DNA of 64,000 nucleotides. Origin: Octopus vulgaris. Its lineage: Eukaryota. Made by a program: the position numbers and the translations under genes. Below the pieces are notes generated by a model. It was given only the letters and a program-made list of their open reading frames with translations, ran no database searches and was not told where the DNA came from. The stretch's first letter is position 1. Every line of letters starts with the position of its first letter. The stretch lies in the NCBI GenBank assembly GCA_951406725.2, contig OX597817.1:121272001-121336000 (forward strand), written 5' to 3'. Shown here piece after piece: positions 55,340 through 64,000 of this stretch.

Positions 55340-55920
55340 TAGACCCCGCCCCCATTATCTATGTAACAGCGGTTCTACTTAGCCTTCTACTGATACCCTT
55401 CTAGATGATGAGTGCACTCATATTGGTGTGGTTCAAGGTCTTGGCTTCTGCGTGAGTGAATCACACAAATGTAGTTGTCTGGAGGTCGTATATGAATTCG
55501 GCCTACATCCATTATCCTGCAGCCTTATAACGCGGGCCTATTCCCTGAACACGCCGCTTTAAATGTCGTAACTAGAAGAAGCCTCGACGCAGCTGACTTC
55601 CCGTCTCAGCAGGAGCCAGTAGGTCTCGACCACGGGGACGGTAGGCACCCCGACAGAATTACCCTCTTCCCATTTCGAGGAAGGCTGCATTGGTTGCAAG
55701 TCCAGGTGTCGCCGCTCTTAACGCGGAGCAGAGAAAAATCAATAAGTAAAACAATCTAATAGCAGCCAGAGAGAAATGAGTCCCGAAAGGTGGAGAGGCA
55801 GTGGCAACTAGTTTCGCGAGCCATTTTCCGCGGCAACGCCATTATGGTAATTACTGTGGGGTACAGCTGAGCACACCAATTTGTTTCGGGATGTGTAGCC
55901 CATCACCCCTCCCCTCCGTC
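55340..55920. promoter_or_regulatory. CpG-rich non-repetitive island, promoter/5' UTR-like
   Basis: YY1-like GCCATTTT (55820) and CGCCATTA (55837), E2F-like TTTCGCG (55812), CCAAT (55876), GC box (55344); GC-rich relative to flanks. Confidence 0.35.
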
Positions 55921-56956
55921 TTCTGTTGCTGTACCACTTTTTCTTTCTTTTCCTTTTTCTCTTTCTGTTTGTTTAAATATTATAATTTAAAATGGGACCT
56001 GCTGTATAATTGTAAAAATAAACTATTTCCTATTTTTTGTTACATCGTATTATCAGCTAATCAACTTCAGACGATTAGATGTTATCGACGTGATTATGTC
56101 GTTAGAACATTAGGTCGATAACTCCACACAAGTTCAGTGACACATATCTGGTCTTGAAGAATAATAGTTTAATGTACGTTGTTAGAAGAAACGCCTGAGA
56201 CAAAATAATATCTTACAGAAAATCTTAGTTCCGATAATTATATTTTAAAATACCGTACTAAAACATTAAATAAGCACACCGAGCTAATTTCTTCATACTC
56301 GCATAAGCGAAAATACTTCTTTAGACACTGCAACGGCATCCCATCGATTCTATTCTAAAATACAGATAGAACATGACTTTATAGAAAAGCCCAAAATCAA
56401 ACTGTACCTTAATGAAAACAAAAACGCCAAGCTGTCCTACCTAAAAAAAAACAAAAAAACACCAGTCTTTTTCGTTTTTACTCAGAATAATTACATATAG
56501 AGATACATAGAAAATTGATTTAATTCTTTTCCTATAAGGGTTCGGTTGCACAAAAACAGTTCGAAATATTTATAAGATGCGTCTACATCAATTATTATTA
56601 GACCGCTCACAGGTGCTCAAGCGCACGCACGCACGCACGCACATCCATAATATAAACATGGAACAGCCAATGGTAACCAACGTTAAACATCGTGAAGAGC
56701 TGAATTGTAACAGATTGTTTTGAAAATAAATTATATCTTAATATATAAAGTGGGAACAAGAGAATATTACACGACGAGACATATGATAACAAAACTTGAT
56801 GTTTTGACACACACACACACACATATGCGCGCGTGTGTCTGTGTGTTTATATGTATGGATATATATATATATATTTATATATATATACAAGCATGTAGGT
56901 GTCTTTATATATGTAATATATATAGACATACAAAAAATCACACATCCATCTATATG

Positions 56957-57003
<47 letters not shown>

Positions 57004-57035
57004 ATATTATATATATATATATTATATATACATAT

Positions 57036-57071
<36 letters not shown>

Positions 57072-57631
57072 GTATGTATATATATATATATATTCAATCA
57101 TCAAGATTCATTGAAATGTCATTAGCTAAAAGTATGTTTGATTTAAAGGAAAAAATATTTTCGATTTGGAGTCGTTGTATTGCTACCACATTACATTGTC
57201 CTAATAAACCACACACAAGTCAGTGAATCAATATTTCTTATTTGCCTTATTTGTCTGATAAAGAAACTGAGAGAATAGACTAAATCGATGGAAGACAAAA
57301 AAAGAAAAACAATAAAAAAAAAATCAAAAGCAATAACGAATAATATAATTCTGCAACATGTGTCCCATTTAAGAATAAAAAAGAGGAAAGAAAAACAAAA
57401 GAAAAAAATCTATTTATTATAGTAATTTGGTAGTTTATGTATGAAAATGAGTTTGCTGGGAAACTTTTCAGGTGGAAATAAAATAAATAAAATATCAAAA
57501 ACCAAAAAGCAAAAACAACAAAAAGCAATACACGTAATACATACAAACACACATGTATGTATGTATGTATGTATGTATGTATGTATGTATGTATGTATGT
57601 ATGTATGTATGTATGTATGTATGTATGTATG

Positions 57632-57696
<65 letters not shown>

Positions 57697-59157
57697 GCAC
57701 GCACATAATATAAACAATATCAAAAGTAGGCATCAAAAAATATCTTATCATGTTATCAGAATTACATGTAAAATATTATTTTGAACTCTTGGACACTTTG
57801 TTTAAATTTAGTTGGAACGAACAATAATGAATATAGTAGCAAGCTTATCGGAACTGTCACGCTACTGCAATTTGGTGTCCAGTAAGCACACTTTTTGGCA
57901 GCTATTGCAAAACCTATGGAAAAAGAAAAAGAAACCAAAAAACTATCTATTCCAGTTTATAAATAACATCGATTTGCACACGATTACACACACACACACA
58001 TATATATATATATATGAAAACACACAAGCACACACACAGACGCACATACTAACTTTTGGTTCTTCGGTATTGTGGCAAGACTATGGTATACAATTTTCGA
58101 CGTGTCAAATTTCCATCGGAGAACGAATAATAGATTTACTCACCAAAATCATAAGCACACAAATACACGCACATATACGCATAGTTACAAATAACCATGC
58201 ATACATATACGCACTCAGAGAAAGGACAGAAGCAAGGCGCAGTATAAGGTTAAGGTAAGAGAGATCAGTTTAAGCAGACAAGGTGAAAGCAAGTGAATTA
58301 GGAAATCTTAGAAGGTAGTTGAAAGTAAGATGTAGAATTAAATAGGAAAGAAGATAGACACAACGAGATAGTGTTGCTCTTGATATACTATTTTACTCTC
58401 CCATTCAAATAGGTTTGCCTTTACAATCCTTCAGTCGTGCGTCGCTGAGTTCTTTCTCAAGAGTACAGTCCTAAAGAAGAAATATTGTAGGAAAAAACCA
58501 ACAGTTGTGCTACTTCAATGAAACATTTATGTGACCGAGATTACATACAAAAACTAGAGTTCAGCTACAAATTCATATCAAGCAAATTGAGTACAAACAT
58601 ATAGAAAATTTCATAACACATTAAAAGTATCATGCAAGTTTCTCTATTTGTACTCACAAACCATTTAATATGAGCTGAGTATTTGTAACCATATTCTAGT
58701 TTTATTTCTAATTTTATGTTTATTACTGACAGGTGTCCTGCTCAAACTTTCCCATTTATATTTGTGCTCTTTCATATAATTTTATTTGTGCACAAATATT
58801 ATGACACAGTGTTATTAATATTGTGTTCGTTTTGTATTTTTTCATCTCGTATTTTGCACATTAATATTTTGTATTTATATTTTTTTACACCGTAGTGTAC
58901 TGGAATACAAAAATTATATATTTCATTTGAATGTATGTGAATCATATTCTCTGATTCTAATATGAAGTAATAAATATTTTGACCTCTGTGCAAGTATATG
59001 AATGCACACAGATTGGTGTCTGAAAATTTCATATACATTTAGTGCGATAGAATATGGCGTAATATTATTTAAGCACACACACGCTATTACATTTTTAAGA
59101 TTATATATTTATCATTAACAGGTATAGAGTGGCCGGTGAGTGTATTTATACGTGATA

Positions 59158-60397
59158 TTGGGTCGTCAAGTAAGAAATTTGTAGAAAAGAAAAAAACAAG
59201 TTTACTAATGTTTTATAAATACAAAGAATAGTTTTATTCATCAAAGTATGCACCCATATTGTCAATATACTTTTGCCATTTCAACGGTAGCTTGTCCAAT
59301 CTTGAGTCAATAAAATCTTAGTAGCCTGTTTTACATCATCGTCGGGATTAAATATTTTTCCAGTCAAAAAGTTATCCAAATTCTGGAAGAAGTGGTAGTC
59401 AGCGGAGGCAAAATCAGGTGAGTATAGTGGATGATGGTGAACTTCCAACTCCAAATTCTGTAATTTTGCCAATGTCGTTTTTGCGATGTGTGGTCTGGCG
59501 TTGTCTTGCAATAAAATAGGAGTGGATCAGTTGACTAAACTAGACTGTTTTTTGTAAGTTTCTGTATCATTTGGTCCAGTTGGCTGCAATACACTTCGGC
59601 TGTGATTGATGAGCCAGGTTTAATGAAATCACAGACCACCAAACACACAACATAAGCTTCTTTTGATGAATTTTGCTTTGTGGACTGTGTTTTGGTATCT
59701 CGTCCTTTTCCAACCATTGTGCTGAACGTTTACGGTTTTTGTACTGGATCCATTTCTCATCACATATTTACAATTCGATTCAAAAATAATTCATTTTTGC
59801 GATGAGAAAGTAGCATAATGCAGGTTTCCAAACGTTGCTGTTTCTGATTTTCATTGAGTTCATGTGGAACCCATTTATCCAGCTTTTTCACACTTTACTG
59901 ATTTGAACTAGGTGAGTCAATATTGTTTGCTTGCAAACGATAATTCACGAGCACTTTGAGATGGATCTGACTCGACGGTGGCTTTCAGTTCGTCATTATC
60001 CACCTTTGTTTCTGCTCAACCACGTTGCTCATTTGTGAGGTCAGGTCAAAGTTAACAGAACAAAATTTTGCAAACCAATATGATACTGTCTGCTGTGTAA
60101 TAACATTATAATGAAATACTCCATTAATATTCCGAGCTGTCTGTGATGCTGTATTTCCAAGAAAGAACTCATATTTCAAAACTGTACGAATTTCCGACTT
60201 ATCCATCTCTAAACAAAAAAAGCAAAAAACGATTTATAAAATACTTTATAAGGCGCGAAATGAGTTAGAATAAAAAAATAGATGTGTCAGCCTTCTAATA
60301 AAAAATAAAGATTGTCAAAATATAATAATGGCTCAAAATGAGCAGCTATCAAAGTTTACCATATACTTTACTACAAATTTCATACTTGACGACTTAA
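59158..60397 (-). mobile_element. Near full-length (1240 bp) mariner element with degenerate transposase
   Basis: TIRs ttgggtcgtcaagtaagaaatttgtag / ctacaaatttcatacttgacgacttaa; TA on both sides. Confidence 0.92.
59234..60206 (-). pseudogene. Mariner (DD34D-type) transposase pseudogene, multiple frameshifts
   Basis: MDKSEIRTVLKYEF..G.TASQTARNIN, WVPHEL, CDEKWIQY, QDNARPH, YSPDFASADYHFF, GAYFDE*. Confidence 0.9.
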
Positions 60398-61332
60398 TAC
60401 TTGTCTTGAAATTTTTGTTTGCTTAATAATTTTCGAAAAGAAACAGAAACACACCAGAAGTTTTCCCGTTGGTTTCTGTAGTATCAAAGTTCCTGTATTT
60501 TATTTTCATGTCTTGACTGTTGTAATATTTGTTGTCTAAATGTATCTCTCTCACCCTAAACACACGCATATACGCACAGACACAGACATACTACGCACGC
60601 GTGCACACACACATACACGATAGAAAAGGAACCGGTTTCTAATCTGGATTTAAGGTCCCTTCATTGGAATTTCAACAACATCAACAGTATGGTTTCGCAT
60701 GTATGTTTGTGTATATGGGCAGTGTTTGGAGTCAGTGCATGTGCAAATTTGTATGTTTTGTTTTATGTGTATAATCTCATGCATATAGGTGCACTTCTAG
60801 ATATGCACATTTATATACTTAAATGATAAACTTCTGAGAAAGTTTTGTAAATCTTTACAGCGCAGATGATGGCTTGGATCTGTATACATGTATGTATGTA
60901 TGTATGTATGTATGTATGTATGTATGTATGTATGTATGTATGTATGTATGTATGTATATATGTATGTATGTATGCATGCATGCGTTCATGCACTGGAATG
61001 CCCACAATTCTATTCTGAAAAATAACTCTGTCCATTTGAAATTAATATAGTAATCTCCCTTGGTCTGACACTCTTTTTTCATGAAGATGATCGTCGTTTA
61101 ATACTAGTTATTTAAGCCACGCAGCGATTAAGCGATATTTCCTTCAGATTTAAGTAACTTAAGTAAATAAAAAAATGTTTCTTTTATATTGTGTCACTAA
61201 AGCTTAACCATTTCTTGAGAAGGTTTCAATCAGTTTTTGATTCTTTCTATTTGAATAGATGTTTTATAGTTTCATGTCAGATTGTGTGGATGTGTTGAAG
61301 AGCATATATTTGCTTGTATGAGTGCAATTCAC

Positions 61333-61399
<67 letters not shown>

Positions 61400-61402
<3 letters not shown>

Positions 61403-61708
61403 GCGCAATGGCGTAGTGGTTAGGGCAGCGGACTCGAGGTTGTAGAATCGCGGTTTCGATTCCCAGACCGGGCGTTGTGAGTGTTTATTGAGCGAAAACA
61501 CCTAAAGTTCCAAGAGGCCCCGGCAGGGGTGGTGACGATCCTTGCTGTACTCTTTCACCACAACTCTCTCTCACTCTTTCTTCTGTTGGCCTGCTCGCTT
61601 AGCCAGAGAGGTAGCGTCATTTGAAGGCTAAGGCAATGCGAAGCGCATTTTGACCAGCGATGTGTAGCAACATCTGATAGCCTGGTCGGTCATGGTGATC
61701 ACGGTGAT
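61400..61708 (+). mobile_element. SINE family D head with a different 3' tail
   Basis: Same head and body as 22614-22995 up to ctctcactct, then an unrelated tail ending in (cacggtgat)-like repeats. Confidence 0.8.
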
Positions 61709-61825
61709 GTATATATATATATACATATACATACATACACACACATTGTTGTACTTGGAGATGGTCATCTTTTGCCATTTAATTTTCACGTTCTTCTTCT
61801 TCTTCTTCTTCTTCTTCTTCTTCTT

Positions 61826-61907
<82 letters not shown>

Positions 61908-62799
61908 GTTTACTTGTCACATATGTGTGACGAAAGTTCTTTCGTCACACATACTGTGACCACTTCAACAACTTTGTGACCCATTTGTCTCCTCTTGTGT
62001 ATGTGTGTGTGTGTGAGTTTGTGCGGTAGTTTCTAAATAACGTAAATGTATTGTCTAACATAGTAGAGTGTAGTAGATTATTTAGGCTGACTATGCCGGT
62101 TCCTTAGATATTTTATGTTGCATGTTAGTGCTTTCTACAAGAAGGGTTTATCTTATCGTTTGTTGAAGTATTTTCTATATCTGAAGAAATGGACCTAATC
62201 TCAAAAGATAATGAAAAAAAAAAATGTAATAGAAACTGCCGTTCTCCTTTTGACTAAGTGAAAATGAAGTCAAATTAGTTAAAATCATAGAACAGGTGCC
62301 ATAAAGAATACGGTAAAATAGAAAGAAAACAAGGAAAACTGAGAACGAGAAGGAAATATGGATTTTTAAAAATGCTGAGATAGGAAGGATATAGAGGAGA
62401 AGCGAAACACATAAAGTCCTAGGTTTGCCACTTCATAATAACATGGTTAACCCGACTGATATGGTTATATTTCTTTCCTTTCTGTCGAGATATTTTATAC
62501 AAGGAGTCTTCTCTTACTAATTTAATCCTTGATAAACCTTCGAAGAAAACAAAATATATTTTGGCGTATTCCTTGATTCTGATAAAGCACACACACAAAC
62601 ACACACACACACGCTGGGAACTGAACTCAGGACCTTACAATCATGAGCCGAATGCCCTAACCACTAAGCCACGCGCCTTCACATTACACACACACACACA
62701 CACGCACCAATGTATACATAAAAATTCCAGCTTAATATTAACTGAGAAAGGACTCAATACATATGAAATGTTACATTTAATCTGTTTCATTAATAATCT

Positions 62800-63178
62800 G
62801 TTTCAATGGCCATGCTGGAGCACTGCCTTTAGTCAAGTAAATCGACCCCAGGACTTATTCTTTGTAAGCCTAGTACTTATTCTATCGAACTCTTTTGCCG
62901 AACCGCTAAGTTACGGGTACGTAAACACACCAGCATCGGTTGTCAAGCGATGTTGGAGGGACAAACACAGACACACAAACATATATATACACACACACAC
63001 ATATATATATACATATATATACGACGGGCTTCTTTCAATTTCCGTCTACCAAACCCACTCACAAGGCTTTGGTCGACCCGAGGCTATAGTAGAAGACACT
63101 TGTCCCAGGTGCCACACAGTGGGACTGAACCCGGACCATGTGGTCGGTAAACAAGCTACTCACCACACAGCCACTCCT
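62800..63178 (-). mobile_element. SINE family A
   Basis: Colinear with other family A copies. Confidence 0.88.
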
Positions 63179-63414
63179 AGTATTCAAATGTTCGTGCCGT
63201 ACATTAGCTCACTCTCTCCAACAAATCGACCTTGTCTGAACAGGTGCACGGTGTACAACGAGTCCGTGATCGAAGTGATCGCAGAGCAACGAGAGATAAA
63301 CCGTTTTACTCAAGAACACAGTGCACCATCTAGTCTAGAAACTGAAATCACGATCGACAGATCGTGAGTGCAGCACCCTAACCACTAAGTCATACACCCG
63401 CATAAACACAGGGC

Positions 63415-63491
<77 letters not shown>

Positions 63492-63546
63492 AGAGTGAGA
63501 AGTAAACATCTAGAATGATTGACAAACAGACCAAGATGAAAATATA

Positions 63547-64000
63547 TTGGGTTGTCCGGAAAGTTCGTGCCGATTTTTAAAGGAAAGAAAAAGGTCAATA
63601 AATATTTGCCATTACATTTTTATTCAACCAAATGTAAGCCATTTTGTTGCACAATGCGTCTCCATCTTTCCTTTAACTTGAAAATACCCTCTTCCCAGAA
63701 TTGTGGTGGTTTCGTGGCAAAGAATTCATCAAGGTATCTTTTTTCGTCATCCAAGCAATTGAAATTTTTACCATTAAGACTATTCTGCAGAGACCTGAAT
63801 AAGTGGAAATCCGAAGGTGCAATATCTGGTGAATATGGAGGGTGGGGTTACAAATCCCAGCCGAGCTGCAGCAATTTTTGTCTGGTTCCAAAAGCATGAA
63901 GTGCCGAAAATGAACTTTCTTATCTTCCATTTTAAAGGGTTACAATATTAACACAGATTATAGGAACATAAACCTTCTTCCACGAAAAGATAGCTTAAAT
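63547..64000 (-). mobile_element. Second copy of the internally deleted mariner (runs off the window)
   Basis: TA followed by TIR ttgggttgtccggaaagttcgtgccgattt; same deletion junction (FRHFML..EPDKN) as 16686-17252. Confidence 0.92.

Noticed and set aside
58405-58480. Minus-strand acceptor followed by DCTLEKELSDARLKDCK
   Set aside because: Too short, no clear donor and no recognisable protein
62561-63367. 268-aa ORF
   Set aside because: A chance read-through of three adjacent antisense SINEs

Overview
AT-rich, repeat-saturated eukaryotic DNA. The SINE families and microsatellite load look like an Octopus (coleoid cephalopod) genome; this is my recognition, not a search result. No host protein-coding gene can be supported, and almost all ORFs in the track are microsatellite or SINE artefacts. 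The main feature is a full-length, nearly intact Helitron (26036-32180). It has an intronless RepHel gene broken by one frameshift and one nonsense codon, with nine 23-aa STPR-like repeats at the N-terminus. Also present: four mariner-derived elements (one of them in two copies), hAT and pogo-like MITEs, CR1/L2 and REL-type (R4/Dong-like) LINE fragments, a probable solo LTR, and dozens of modular tRNA-derived SINEs. The least expected signal is a set of distinct minimal type-I hammerhead ribozyme motifs of the Penelope-associated kind. One family forms a head-to-head foldback in which each arm is a tRNA-like Pol III head, a (TAA)n spacer and a hammerhead (356-816). A CpG-rich, non-repetitive, promoter-like island at about 55340-55920 remains unexplained.
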